A stretch of 64,000 bases of DNA from Candidatus Neomicrothrix sp. UBA4542 (lineage in GTDB: Bacteria; Actinomycetota; Acidimicrobiia; Acidimicrobiales; Poriferisodalaceae). The position numbers and the translations under genes were made by a program. Where the stretch lies: contig DGLO01000047.1 of the NCBI GenBank assembly GCA_002388005.1, forward strand, positions 45,390-109,389, written 5' to 3'. Positions 9,607 to 18,789 of the stretch are shown in pieces. The notes under the pieces were generated by a model. That model was given only the letters and a program-made list of their open reading frames with translations. It had not been told where the DNA came from and searched no databases. Within the stretch, counting starts at the first letter, position 1. Each line of letters begins with the position of its first letter.

Positions 9607-10002
9607 TTACGAATTCTCTACCGAAGTCGTCGGTTCGAGCGTCGGCAATTGAGGATCAGTAGGCGGGGGTATGGTCAGCAACGGACCATCATCTTTGTTC
9701 GGTGGCGGAGGAATCAAAAGAATCTGACCCACGTAGATCTTCGTCGGATCGGCAATGTTGTTCTCGCGCACAAGATCATTCAGATCAACCCCAAAACGAT
9801 CGGCGATCGCAATAAGAGTGTCTCCTCGAACCACTTCGTAGGTGTCGCGGAATTCTTCGTCCTCTTGTTCGGCTTCGCTCACCGCTACCGCAGTTGAACT
9901 CACAGTTGGTGGTTCAGGTTTCACCTCGGGAGCGCAAGCCAGAACGAGGACGAGAACTAATGGGAGCACTGGTAGAGCGACAGAGCTTCGAATCAGCCTC
10001 AC
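9607..10002 (-). CDS. LysM-domain lipoprotein
   Basis: Lipobox LVLACA after a hydrophobic signal peptide. LysM core YEVVRGDTLIAIADRFGV..NDL...N. GTGA overlap with the upstream paralogue. Confidence 0.85.
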   Translation of the reverse strand: MRLIRSSVALPVLPLVLVLVLACAPEVKPEPPTVSSTAVAVSEAEQEDEEFRDTYEVVRGDTLIAIADRFGVDLNDLVRENNIADPTKIYVGQILLIPPPPNKDDGPLLTIPPPTDPQLPTLEPTTSVENS

Positions 10003-10328
10003 TCAGAGGTTCCATCTGACGGCGGGGGGATAAAAAGGGTTTCTCCGATTCTTAAGAGCGTGTCTTCTTTACCGTTTTCTGTCATCAGGTCAGCCACTGT
10101 CACCCCAAAGCCCTTAGCAATCTTGCCGAGAGTGTCTCCGGGCTGCACCACATAGGCCATTCGTTGAATGATCTTTTCAGTAGTCGTGGTGGTGAGTTCG
10201 GGGCGAAGCGTTGTCAGAACTGGGGTTGAGGTGGGATTGGGTCTGATCACAGGGTCCTTTGCACACGCAACTAAACTCAATATGGCCGCGGCCATTGCGA
10301 ACAGAAATCTCAAGGCCATTGAGATCAC
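9999..10328 (-). CDS. LysM-domain lipoprotein (paralogue)
   Basis: Lipobox SLVACA. LysM core YVVQPGDTLGKIAKGFGVTVADLMTEN. The start lies 6 nt downstream of the map stop. Confidence 0.85.
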   Translation of the reverse strand: MISMALRFLFAMAAAILSLVACAKDPVIRPNPTSTPVLTTLRPELTTTTTEKIIQRMAYVVQPGDTLGKIAKGFGVTVADLMTENGKEDTLLRIGETLFIPPPSDGTSE

Positions 10329-10333
10329 GATTC

Positions 10334-11293
10334 CTAGGCCTTGAAGCCTGTGTCAGTGAGCGAGATAGTCGCAGGCCAGTTCTGCCTATCTGCGTCCGCG
10401 AGAAACGGCTGAACTTCGTCATCGTCGACCGTGAGAATTTCAACTCCGTCCTCTTGCACGAGGACCGTATGTTCGAATTGAGCGGTACGACTCAAGTCGG
10501 CCGTAGCTGCGGTCCACCCGTCTTCCCACAACTGCGCTTTCGGTGAGCCGATGGTGATCATCGGCTCGATCGTGAACGTCATCCCAGGCGCAAATTCGAA
10601 GCGAGCGGAGGGCTCGTAATAGTGAGGAATGTTTGGTTGATGATGAAACACTTCCCCCACCCCATGACCAATAAACTCCCGAACCACCCCAAAGCCCGCG
10701 GACTCCGCATGGTTTTGAATGGCTTTACCTATGTCGCTCACGACGCCGCCGGAGCGGACCGCGCTAATCCCCAGGTACATGCACTCCCGAGTTACTTGAA
10801 TTAACTCTTGGGAGCGTTGATCAATTTGGCCAATGGCGAAAGTTTCGCTGTGGTCGCCATGCACACCGTTCAAAAAGATCGTGACGTCGCAATTGACGAT
10901 GTCACCATCGCGTAAAGCTCGACTATCTGGAATTCCGTGACAAATAATCTCGTTTACTGAAGTACACAGAGACTTCGGATAGCCGTTGTAGTTAAGAGGG
11001 CTAGGGTACCCACCCTCGGCTATGCAGGCCGCATGGCACACAGCGTCCAGGTGATCTGTAGTTACGCCCGGCCCAATTTCCGCCGCAACTTTACGCAGCA
11101 CTCGTCTTGCCGCAGAGCCAGCGATGCGCATCCGCTCTAGCGTCGCATCATCCTTTCTTAGTTCAGCGGGTGTTCGAAGAATAGGTACGCCATTAGTCGC
11201 GTAATCAGGACGGGCGACGTGTTCAGGTACGGACCGCATCGCTGATACCGTGCCGGCGGTCACGGGATCGACATTGTGTCGGGGTTGACGCAT
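10334..11293 (-). CDS. map: Type I methionyl aminopeptidase (actinobacterial MapB-like, with N-terminal extension and about 30 aa of extra C-terminus)
   Basis: Motifs CHGIPD, DIVNCDVT, GHGVG, FTIEP and QFEHTVLV. The start is chosen at MRQPRH (11293) by analogy with mycobacterial MapB. The ORF is open to 11383, where it would overlap the divergent gene. Confidence 0.9.
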   Translation of the reverse strand: MRQPRHNVDPVTAGTVSAMRSVPEHVARPDYATNGVPILRTPAELRKDDATLERMRIAGSAARRVLRKVAAEIGPGVTTDHLDAVCHAACIAEGGYPSPLNYNGYPKSLCTSVNEIICHGIPDSRALRDGDIVNCDVTIFLNGVHGDHSETFAIGQIDQRSQELIQVTRECMYLGISAVRSGGVVSDIGKAIQNHAESAGFGVVREFIGHGVGEVFHHQPNIPHYYEPSARFEFAPGMTFTIEPMITIGSPKAQLWEDGWTAATADLSRTAQFEHTVLVQEDGVEILTVDDDEVQPFLADADRQNWPATISLTDTGFKA

Positions 11294-11393
11294 CGCCGGA
11301 CGGCGCTTCTTACGCTTCACCATGAAGGCGAAGCTACCTGAGGTGACTCTGTTTGAGGAGACACGCGGGCGACTACATGACAATCTGGCAGAG

Positions 11394-12554
11394 ATGACTG
11401 TCGAAATTCACGGAACCGTTGCGTCAGGTTGGGAACCTTTGTACGAACAATTCGCGGTCAACTTCGCGCAGCGGGGTGAACTCGGGGCCTCCGTATGCGT
11501 CACTCATGAAGATGCAACGGTCGTTGATTTGTGGGCGGGTGATCGCGACACCGAGGGCAACCCTTGGTTGGCTGACACCATTGCCGTAATCAACTCCTGT
11601 ACCAAGGGCGGGGTAGCTCTTGCTTGTCATCTCCTGGCCGATCGGGGCCTTCTCGATCTCGATGCTCCGGTGTCTGAAATCTGGCCGGAATTTGCACGTG
11701 GCGCAAAGGCCGACATCACCACCAGAATGATGCTCAACCATACGACCGGTGTAGCGGCTTTTCGCGACGATCTACCTGAGGGATCGGCTTTCGATTGGGA
11801 CTACATGTGTGATCGCGTGGCGGCAGAGGAACCATGGTGGGAGCCCGGTACCCGCAATGGGTACCACTTGATGTCATTTGGGTGGGTAGCGGGAGAACTC
11901 GTCAGGCGAGCGTCGGGTAGGAGCTTGGGGACTTTCTTTCGCGAAGATGTCGCTGAACCAGCAGCCGCGGACTTCTGGATCGGTTTACCACCCGAAGAAC
12001 ACCATCGCGTCTCACCTTTGAAATCGTTTCGCCCAGGCAAGAACGAAAAGTTCGCGGCCTTTACCAACGCGTTCCTGGCTGACCCATCGGGATTGCAGGG
12101 CAGAGCTTGGCGCAATCGAGGCGGCGCTAAGGGAGATTCACCGGCGGTGTGGTCAGCCGAATTGGGTGGAGGTGGCGGAATCGCGAACGCGCGTGGCCTG
12201 GCGAGGATCTACAAAACATGCGCGACTGGTGAATTTGTGGGCCGTTCGCAGCTTCGCAGAATGTCCAGCGTCTCTGTTGGCACGGAGTGCGACGCAATGC
12301 TCTTACTTCCGACGCGTTTTTCTGAAGGCTTCATGTTGAGGATGGACAACCGCAACGCTCGCAGAGGTGATCGGGATTCGGTCAACGTTCGCGAGGGCGC
12401 TTTCGGTCACGTAGGTGCGGGCGGGTCTATCGGATTCGCTGACCCACAGATCGGTCTCTCCATGGGGTATGTGATGAACCAGATGGGTAAGTCAGTGCTG
12501 CTCGACGCTAGAGGCGAGACGTTGGTAGACGTCGCGTACGAATGCGCGACGTAA
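11394..12554 (+). CDS. Beta-lactamase-fold serine hydrolase (class C / esterase EstB-like)
   Basis: SxxK motif SCTKG near the N-terminus, with a typical EstB-like context. The start is taken at the internal ATG 11394 (MTVEIHG); the track ORF begins at 11322. Confidence 0.8.
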   Translation: MTVEIHGTVASGWEPLYEQFAVNFAQRGELGASVCVTHEDATVVDLWAGDRDTEGNPWLADTIAVINSCTKGGVALACHLLADRGLLDLDAPVSEIWPEFARGAKADITTRMMLNHTTGVAAFRDDLPEGSAFDWDYMCDRVAAEEPWWEPGTRNGYHLMSFGWVAGELVRRASGRSLGTFFREDVAEPAAADFWIGLPPEEHHRVSPLKSFRPGKNEKFAAFTNAFLADPSGLQGRAWRNRGGAKGDSPAVWSAELGGGGGIANARGLARIYKTCATGEFVGRSQLRRMSSVSVGTECDAMLLLPTRFSEGFMLRMDNRNARRGDRDSVNVREGAFGHVGAGGSIGFADPQIGLSMGYVMNQMGKSVLLDARGETLVDVAYECAT

Positions 12555-12600
12555 CCCCGCTAGGCAGCTCCCCGTGGCGCCTTTGGAGGAGGCTGTCCAT

Positions 12601-13695
12601 ATGAGCAACCAGGATGACTCGATCCTTGAGGCACTGTCGTTAGCAGTCGCTGCCCGAATTCCCGTCTTGTTGTGGGGGCCACCGGGAACAGGCAAGAGTT
12701 CAGCGGTTGCAGCTATGTCTGAAGCGCTAGATATTCCTCATGAGGTCGTGATCGCCAGCATCCGAGAACCGAGTGATTTTGGTGGACTGCCAGTCGTTGA
12801 TGGTGACGACGTTAAGTTCGCGCCACCGCGATGGGCTCGCCGATTAGCGGAGGCCGGGACCGGCGTTCTATTTCTTGACGAAATATCGACAGCGCCCCCA
12901 GCCGTGCAGGCCGCGCTGCTGCGTGTCGTTCTTGAGCGAGTAGTTGGCGACTTGGTCTTGCCTCAGAACATAGCGATCGTCGCAGCAGCCAATCCCCCCG
13001 ATCAGGCTGCAGACGGGTGGGATCTATCTGCTCCACTTGCCAACAGGTTTTGTCACCTTGACTGGCAGGTCGACCCCACGGTGGTGGCCACCGGTCTGGT
13101 CGCGGGATTTAAGACTCCCGATGTTCCTCAGCTTTCAAAAGGGTGGCAAGACCAGCTTCCCGTTACCGCAGCACTAGTCGGAGGCTTCCTAGCGGTGCGG
13201 AGATCTTTGGTCATCGCCCCGCCCGACGAACGTGCTTTGGCAGGACGCGCCTGGCCCAGTCCCCGAACATGGGAAATGGTGGCCCGTCTACTCGCCGCCG
13301 CCAGGGCCGTTGACGCTTCGATGGAAGCTAGGAGGAACCTCGTCATCGGCTCAGTCGGAGACGGGGCTGGTCTTGAGTTCCTCACTTGGCTTGAGGAACT
13401 TGATCTTCCTGATCCCGAATCGGCCCTGAAAGATCCCGAAAGCGTTGATTTCCCTGACCGAGGCGACCGGCTGTACGCAGCTCTGTCCGCTGTAGCCGGA
13501 GCAGTTGCGGCAAACCCCACGCCTGAAAGATGGCTTGCCGGATGGAGGGTCTTGGAGCGAGCTGCCGGACACGCTCCCGATGTTGGAGCGATGGCGGCGC
13601 GAGTACTCGCCCAGGTCCGGCCTAGCGGTATGAGCGCTCCCCGCGAGGCAGCCATCTTTGTGCCGGTACTGAAAGCAGCGGGTCTCTTGGAATGA
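12601..13695 (+). CDS. MoxR-like AAA+ ATPase (AAA_5 type)
   Basis: Walker A LLWGPPGTGKSS, Walker B VLFLDEIS, and sensor region AAANPP. The ATG at 12601 has GGAGGAGG 8 nt upstream; the track ORF starts at GTG 12574. Confidence 0.85.
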   Translation: MSNQDDSILEALSLAVAARIPVLLWGPPGTGKSSAVAAMSEALDIPHEVVIASIREPSDFGGLPVVDGDDVKFAPPRWARRLAEAGTGVLFLDEISTAPPAVQAALLRVVLERVVGDLVLPQNIAIVAAANPPDQAADGWDLSAPLANRFCHLDWQVDPTVVATGLVAGFKTPDVPQLSKGWQDQLPVTAALVGGFLAVRRSLVIAPPDERALAGRAWPSPRTWEMVARLLAAARAVDASMEARRNLVIGSVGDGAGLEFLTWLEELDLPDPESALKDPESVDFPDRGDRLYAALSAVAGAVAANPTPERWLAGWRVLERAAGHAPDVGAMAARVLAQVRPSGMSAPREAAIFVPVLKAAGLLE

Positions 13696-14900
13696 ATCAA
13701 GTGGAGCGAATGACCTCGGCCCGTCTCTGGGCTGCGTATCACTACCCCTACCTGGCATCGGCGCTGTTCGCGATTCGCTTCATTGATGCTGACAACATTG
13801 GTGGCGTAGCAGCCGACGAACATTTTCGTGTCTATGTCGACCACGAATACACCTCCAGTTGGTCTTCACAGTCGCTTGGAGTCGAGATGGTGCACCAGGT
13901 GAGCCACCTGCTGCGCGGACACGCTTTTCGTGCGCGAGAAATCGGACTTGTCGAAGACGATGTCTTTCATTGGGTCGATGCAGTGGACGCCGAAATCAAC
14001 GATGATCTCATCGAGAACCACGCTGCACCTGTGAATTCGGCCCTCCCGGTCGACCTCAAACTCGCATCGTCGCTTTTCGCAGAAGAGTATTTCGTTAATG
14101 GGGAACGTCGCGCAGGGCAACATCGTGACTGCGGGAGTGCAGCACATGGCGACCCTCGCCGGTGGGAAGAGCCCCCGCCGCTAAACCATAGCGATGGCGT
14201 ACGAACAGAAGAAGCCGACCTAATTAGACGCCGCGTTGCATCTGAGATCCTCTCACATGAGCGAAGCCATGGTGATAGTCCCGCGGGCCTGTTGCGCTGG
14301 GCCAACGGTCTTTTGAACCCTCGGGTGGATTGGCGCAGGGAGTTAGGTGCGACATTGCGTCGGGGAGTCGCAGAGATATCAGGAGCCGTCGACTACAGCT
14401 ACCGGCGCCCCAGTCGGAGGGCCTCGTGTTCACCGGACGTGATACTTCCCAGCTTGCGGCGGCGCGTGCCGCTGGTCTCGGTGGTGTGCGACACCAGCGC
14501 TTCTATGAGCGAAAGATTGCTCGCCGAGGCTCTCTCCGAAATTGATGGCTTGCTGGTTTCCAGCGGAGTTCGACTTGATGCCGTGAGGGTCTTTACTTGT
14601 GATGCAGAACCTGGACCGGCTCAACTCGTTAGAAGCGCCTCAGAGATCACGCTTGTGGGTGGTGGCGGGACCGATCTGACAATAGGCATAGATGCGGCCG
14701 TTCTGTCAGTACCTCGTCCCGATCTTGTAGTGGTAATTACCGACGGATGGACTCCATGGCCCGCTATGGCACCCCGAGCGGTCAGGACACTAGCGGTGCT
14801 TCTGGGCGAACATCCGCCTCCACCACCGGATTGGGTTCAGGGGGTCGTAGTCGAGGACATGACTCCACATGGCGTGAAAGTCGAATCACATTCGTTTTGA
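13692..14900 (+). CDS. VWA-domain protein with an N-terminal putative-metallopeptidase-like domain (DUF2201-type)
   Basis: The N-terminus resembles DUF2201_N, but its motif reads HQVSHLLRGH. The C-terminal VWA has MIDAS-like VVCDTSASMS and VVITDG. ATGA overlap with the AAA+ gene. Confidence 0.7.
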   Translation: MNQVERMTSARLWAAYHYPYLASALFAIRFIDADNIGGVAADEHFRVYVDHEYTSSWSSQSLGVEMVHQVSHLLRGHAFRAREIGLVEDDVFHWVDAVDAEINDDLIENHAAPVNSALPVDLKLASSLFAEEYFVNGERRAGQHRDCGSAAHGDPRRWEEPPPLNHSDGVRTEEADLIRRRVASEILSHERSHGDSPAGLLRWANGLLNPRVDWRRELGATLRRGVAEISGAVDYSYRRPSRRASCSPDVILPSLRRRVPLVSVVCDTSASMSERLLAEALSEIDGLLVSSGVRLDAVRVFTCDAEPGPAQLVRSASEITLVGGGGTDLTIGIDAAVLSVPRPDLVVVITDGWTPWPAMAPRAVRTLAVLLGEHPPPPPDWVQGVVVEDMTPHGVKVESHSF

Positions 14901-14967
14901 CTTATGCCGGTTTGAGCGACGCATCGCCAAGACACAATCTATTCTGCAACCCTGATCCGTTTGGAGG

Positions 14968-15819
14968 ATGAAATTGAAACCCCTTGTGACCGCCGAATGG
15001 TTAGCTCAGAACATCAACGATCCCCAACTGCGAATACTCGAATGTTCGGTCAACCTGCGTACCGGTCCGGATGGATATACAGCAGTCTCGATGCGACAGA
15101 ACTGGGAAGATGAACACATTCCGAATTCTGCGTACGCTGATCTGACTTTTGATCTCAGCGATCCTCAGAGTGATTTGCGATTCACCATGCCCACGGTGGA
15201 ACGTTTTGCTAGCGCAATGGAAGACCTTGGGGTCGGGACAGGTACCAAAGTCGTGCTGTATGACCGGCGATTCACGATGTGGGCGACCCGCGTTTGGTGG
15301 ATGTTAAGAGCGTTCGGATTCGATGATTGCGCAGTACTTGATGGTGGTCTGACGTCATGGATCGCGGCCGGGCTCGCTACGACCACAGAGCGGTCGCCGA
15401 CGCGAGCACTCGCTCGATTTCACGCCGAACCAAGGCCGGAATTGGTCGCTGACCTGGCGAGAATGAAAGCGGCATTAAACGACGGAACATGCATCATCAA
15501 TGCGCTGTCGGCGAGCAACCACGACGGCACCGACTCCAGCTACGGACGTCGTGGTCATCTACCTGGTGCCGCCAACGTCTACGCCATTGATTTGATTGAT
15601 AGCGAGTCGCATCGCTACCTACCAATCGATCAGCTAGCAGCGATGTTTGAGGAAGTAACTCAAACCTCCGGACCGATTGTCACCTATTGCGGTGGAGGCA
15701 TCGCTGCCACCTCGGACGCCTTTGTTCTCACCGCACTGCTTGGTAGAAGCGATGTGTCGGTATACGACGGATCGCTCAGCGAATGGTTACTTGATCCGAA
15801 CAGTCCTCTTGAGGTTTGA
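14968..15819 (+). CDS. Two-domain rhodanese sulfurtransferase (3-mercaptopyruvate/thiosulfate type)
   Basis: Tandem rhodanese architecture. The active-site loop YCGGGIAAT is in the C-terminal domain. Confidence 0.85.
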   Translation: MKLKPLVTAEWLAQNINDPQLRILECSVNLRTGPDGYTAVSMRQNWEDEHIPNSAYADLTFDLSDPQSDLRFTMPTVERFASAMEDLGVGTGTKVVLYDRRFTMWATRVWWMLRAFGFDDCAVLDGGLTSWIAAGLATTTERSPTRALARFHAEPRPELVADLARMKAALNDGTCIINALSASNHDGTDSSYGRRGHLPGAANVYAIDLIDSESHRYLPIDQLAAMFEEVTQTSGPIVTYCGGGIAATSDAFVLTALLGRSDVSVYDGSLSEWLLDPNSPLEV

Positions 15820-15828
15820 GCGGGACCG

Positions 15829-16476
15829 GTGATTAAGTCGAGTCAATCCCCGATCGATGCCGTTGTGTTTGATTGGGGAGGGGTTATTACTGTGCCTCCC
15901 AGCCCGGTGGTCGATCGACTCTACCGAGACGCGCGCGTAGACAAGAAGAAGTTAAAGGACCGTCAGGACCAATACCGCGAAGAGGATTCAGAATCCCACT
16001 TCGCCAGATTGGAGCGCGGTGAGTTAACACTGTCCGAGTACCTTGCTTGGTCTAGAAACGACTTACCCGGTGCCGAGCTGATCTGGGATCCTTCGAGCCC
16101 GTATTTTCTCTTTCCACAACTCGAGGTCGTACCTGAGGTCGTAGAACGGATCGTAGAACTGCGTGCACGTGGATTTGCTACTGGGCTTCTCACCAATAAC
16201 ATCGCCGAAGCTTGGCCGGTGGTGGCCGATGGGTTAGCTCTTGATGAACTTTTTGACGTGGTCGTGAATTCCGCCTTTGTCGGCATGAGAAAACCTGAAC
16301 ATCGGATCTATATGCATACCGTTGATCAGTTGGGCGTCTCCGCCGATCGGGTCCTATTTCTCGACGACAATCGCACCAACGTGGAAGCCGCGATCGCATG
16401 CGGGTTGCATACGATCGAAGTCAAGCAGCCGATCTCAGCTCTCGAGACGCTCGAGCGGAAGCTAGAAAGCGTTTGA
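15829..16476 (+). CDS. HAD-superfamily hydrolase (epoxide-hydrolase N-terminal-domain-like phosphatase)
   Basis: Motif [15 protein letters not shown], and [12 protein letters not shown]. Confidence 0.8.
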   Translation: MIKSSQSPIDAVVFDWGGVITVPPSPVVDRLYRDARVDKKKLKDRQDQYREEDSESHFARLERGELTLSEYLAWSRNDLPGAELIWDPSSPYFLFPQLEVVPEVVERIVELRARGFATGLLTNNIAEAWPVVADGLALDELFDVVVNSAFVGMRKPEHRIYMHTVDQLGVSADRVLFLDDNRTNVEAAIACGLHTIEVKQPISALETLERKLESV

Positions 16477-16488
16477 CGGTACGACCGG

Positions 16489-17298
16489 TCAGGCGAAATC
16501 GGGCTTCCGTTTCTCAACGATGGCAGCGTGCCCTTCTCTGACATCGGGCCCCGTGAAACCAAGCATTTCTAGTGCTACAGATGTATCAAAGGCCGGCCCC
16601 GCCGACCGCAGCCAGTTATTTAGGCTGTATTTGGTCCACCGAATAGCTGATTGGCTACCATTCGCAAGCTTGCGGGCCACAACATAGGCCTCTTCAAGGA
16701 CTTCGCTGTCATCAACGCAGATGCTCGCCAGCCCCATGGCCTCGGCTTCTTCTCCGGACATGGAATCACACGTCAGCAAGTAATACTTTGCCTTCGCCAT
16801 TCCACACAAAAGAGGCCAAATAATGGCAGCGTGATCACCTGCGGCTACTCCTAGCTTTGTATGACCGTCGAGGATCCGAGCATTGCGTCCCACTACCGAA
16901 ATATCAGCCATAAACGCGGCTGCCAACCCAGCACCGACGGCGACTCCTTCGATCGCTGAAATGATTATCTTTGAGCAGTTGATCATGTTGTAGACGATGT
17001 CTCGTGCTTCGCGAAGCGCGTTGGTTCGATAATCGAAATCATCCATGATCTTTTCAATCATTTCTAGATCGCCGCCTGCCGAAAATGTCCCGTTTGCCCC
17101 GTGGATAACAACGACGCGAGCGTCGGGGTCCGCGTCGACGGCCTTCCAGACATCTGCAAGCGCTAAATGTTTCCCCTCATCAACTGCATTGAGTTTTCCC
17201 GGGGTGTCGATACAGATATCCAAAATTCCGTCTTCGTCAGGTCCCGTGATCGATAGTGCAGAAAAGTCTTCATAACGGTGGGTCATAGTCGAGAACAT
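16489..17298 (-). CDS. Enoyl-CoA hydratase/isomerase (crotonase) family
   Basis: Crotonase pattern NA..E...L..A....[20 protein letters not shown] and GVAVGAG. Confidence 0.88.
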   Translation of the reverse strand: MFSTMTHRYEDFSALSITGPDEDGILDICIDTPGKLNAVDEGKHLALADVWKAVDADPDARVVVIHGANGTFSAGGDLEMIEKIMDDFDYRTNALREARDIVYNMINCSKIIISAIEGVAVGAGLAAAFMADISVVGRNARILDGHTKLGVAAGDHAAIIWPLLCGMAKAKYYLLTCDSMSGEEAEAMGLASICVDDSEVLEEAYVVARKLANGSQSAIRWTKYSLNNWLRSAGPAFDTSVALEMLGFTGPDVREGHAAIVEKRKPDFA

Positions 17299-17322
17299 AG
17301 CCTCATCGATGTTTCTCTTTCC

Positions 17323-17748
17323 TTAATCGGAGCGAGGAAGTTCCCTTTCGCCGCGCAACACTTCGGCAATAAGCCGAATCTGATCGGGATTTCCATAGGA
17401 CCTCTCCCAGGGATGCAACAGCCTGTCCCGGCCATATCTGGGGACTAAGTGGAAATGAAAATGGAACTGGGACTGGTCAGCAGCGGATCCATTGTTGTTG
17501 AGAAGGTTTATTCCCAGCGGCGCAAGTCTTTCTTGTTGCATCTTCGCTACTTCTCGGCAAGCAAGGATGACGTGCGTCGCTTCTTCATCCCCCAATTCAA
17601 AGATGTCGCGAACGTGGCGCTTCGGTATCACCAAACAATGACCTGGTGTCATCGGGAGAATGTCCATGAAAGCCAAAGTGTCGTCGTCTTCGTAGACCGT
17701 GTTGGACACGGAGCTACCCTCGGCTATCGAGCAGAACAGGCAGGGCAC
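17323..17748 (-). CDS. HIT-family (histidine triad) nucleotide hydrolase/transferase
   Basis: N-terminal CLFC zinc-motif remnant, PGHCLVIPK, and histidine triad HFHFHLVPR. Confidence 0.9.
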   Translation of the reverse strand: MPCLFCSIAEGSSVSNTVYEDDDTLAFMDILPMTPGHCLVIPKRHVRDIFELGDEEATHVILACREVAKMQQERLAPLGINLLNNNGSAADQSQFHFHFHLVPRYGRDRLLHPWERSYGNPDQIRLIAEVLRGERELPRSD

Positions 17749-17808
17749 GACCGGCGAGAGTAGCTGAGGTAAGGAGATAACGGCGGTTTGAGTCGAAAGG
17801 TACGGATG

Positions 17809-18777
17809 TTACGTACGTCGAAGTTGGACCGCTTCGATTGCGTGGTTGGCACCCTTTCTGAGTACGAGGTTTGCGCGGACGCGTGTCGGCAAAATATTTT
17901 CCTGGAGGTTCACCAAGTTGATTGACCTCCAAATCGTCCGTGCCACAGCTTCCGCCGCATCTTCAGGAAGATGAGCAAATTGGCTGAAATAGGCGCTTTG
18001 CTCGCGAAATGCGGTTGAGCGCAACTGTTGAAAGCGTTCCACATACCAGGCTTCAAGATCGTCCGGATCGGCATCCACATAGATTGTGAAGTCGAAATAA
18101 TCCGAGACAAACGGGGTGTTCGCAGGTGGCCCGGTTTGCAACACGTTCAAGCCTTCGACAATCAAAATATCTGGCTGTTCCACCACCTGTAGGTCATCCG
18201 TTATGTCATAGGTAACGTGCGAATAGATTGGTGCCGACACGCTGGGAGCCCCATTCGCCACCTGCCGAAGAAACTCAACTAATGCTCCCTGGCGGTACGA
18301 CTCGGGAAACCCCTTTCTTCCTAACAGGCCTTTCTCTTCAAGCTCAGAGTTTGGCTGGAGGAAGCCGTCAGTGGTGATCAGATCTACTCTTGGATGTTGA
18401 GGCCATGTCGCGAGCATCGCCTGAAGAATTCTCGCAGTCGTGCTTTTCCCGGCCGACACGCTGCCAGCAACTCCGATTAGAAAGGGACGCTCAGTGGAAT
18501 TTCGGCCGAAAAAATCTGCGGTGTTGGTCCGAAGTTGAGATTGGGCTTCCACCCGCAAATTAAGTAGGCGAGACAAAGGTAGATAGATATCTCTGACTCC
18601 CGCCAGCGTGATTGGTTCGACGCGGCCGGCTAGTTCGTTTAGCTCGTCTTCACTGAGGGTAAGCGGCGTCGTATCTCCCAAAGCAGCCCACTCAGCGCGG
18701 GTGAAGTTGAGATGCTCGCTAGACGGGCTCCAGTCTGACACCCCCAAAGACTGTCTCCTCGAGTTGGTTGAGCGCAA
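17809..18777 (-). CDS. coaA: Type I pantothenate kinase
   Basis: P-loop [17 protein letters not shown], and [10 protein letters not shown], matching the CoaA pattern over its length. Confidence 0.93.
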   Translation of the reverse strand: MRSTNSRRQSLGVSDWSPSSEHLNFTRAEWAALGDTTPLTLSEDELNELAGRVEPITLAGVRDIYLPLSRLLNLRVEAQSQLRTNTADFFGRNSTERPFLIGVAGSVSAGKSTTARILQAMLATWPQHPRVDLITTDGFLQPNSELEEKGLLGRKGFPESYRQGALVEFLRQVANGAPSVSAPIYSHVTYDITDDLQVVEQPDILIVEGLNVLQTGPPANTPFVSDYFDFTIYVDADPDDLEAWYVERFQQLRSTAFREQSAYFSQFAHLPEDAAEAVARTIWRSINLVNLQENILPTRVRANLVLRKGANHAIEAVQLRRT

Positions 18778-18789
18778 CTGGTTCTGCGG

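Noticed and set aside
13128-13844. 238-aa ORF on the minus strand across the AAA+/VWA gene junction
   Set aside because: It is entirely antisense to two genes with clear family motifs. The translation is low-complexity (Ala/Arg/Ser/Pro-rich), as expected for the antisense frame of GC-rich coding DNA. No motif is recognisable.
12601-14900. Calling the AAA+/VWA pair an anti-phage defence system
   Set aside because: There is no effector (nuclease, TIR, protease with an intact active site, or membrane disruptor). No mobile-element, integrase or other defence gene lies nearby, and the flanks are housekeeping or metabolic genes. A chaperone or remodelling role is at least as likely, so only the motif anomaly is reported.
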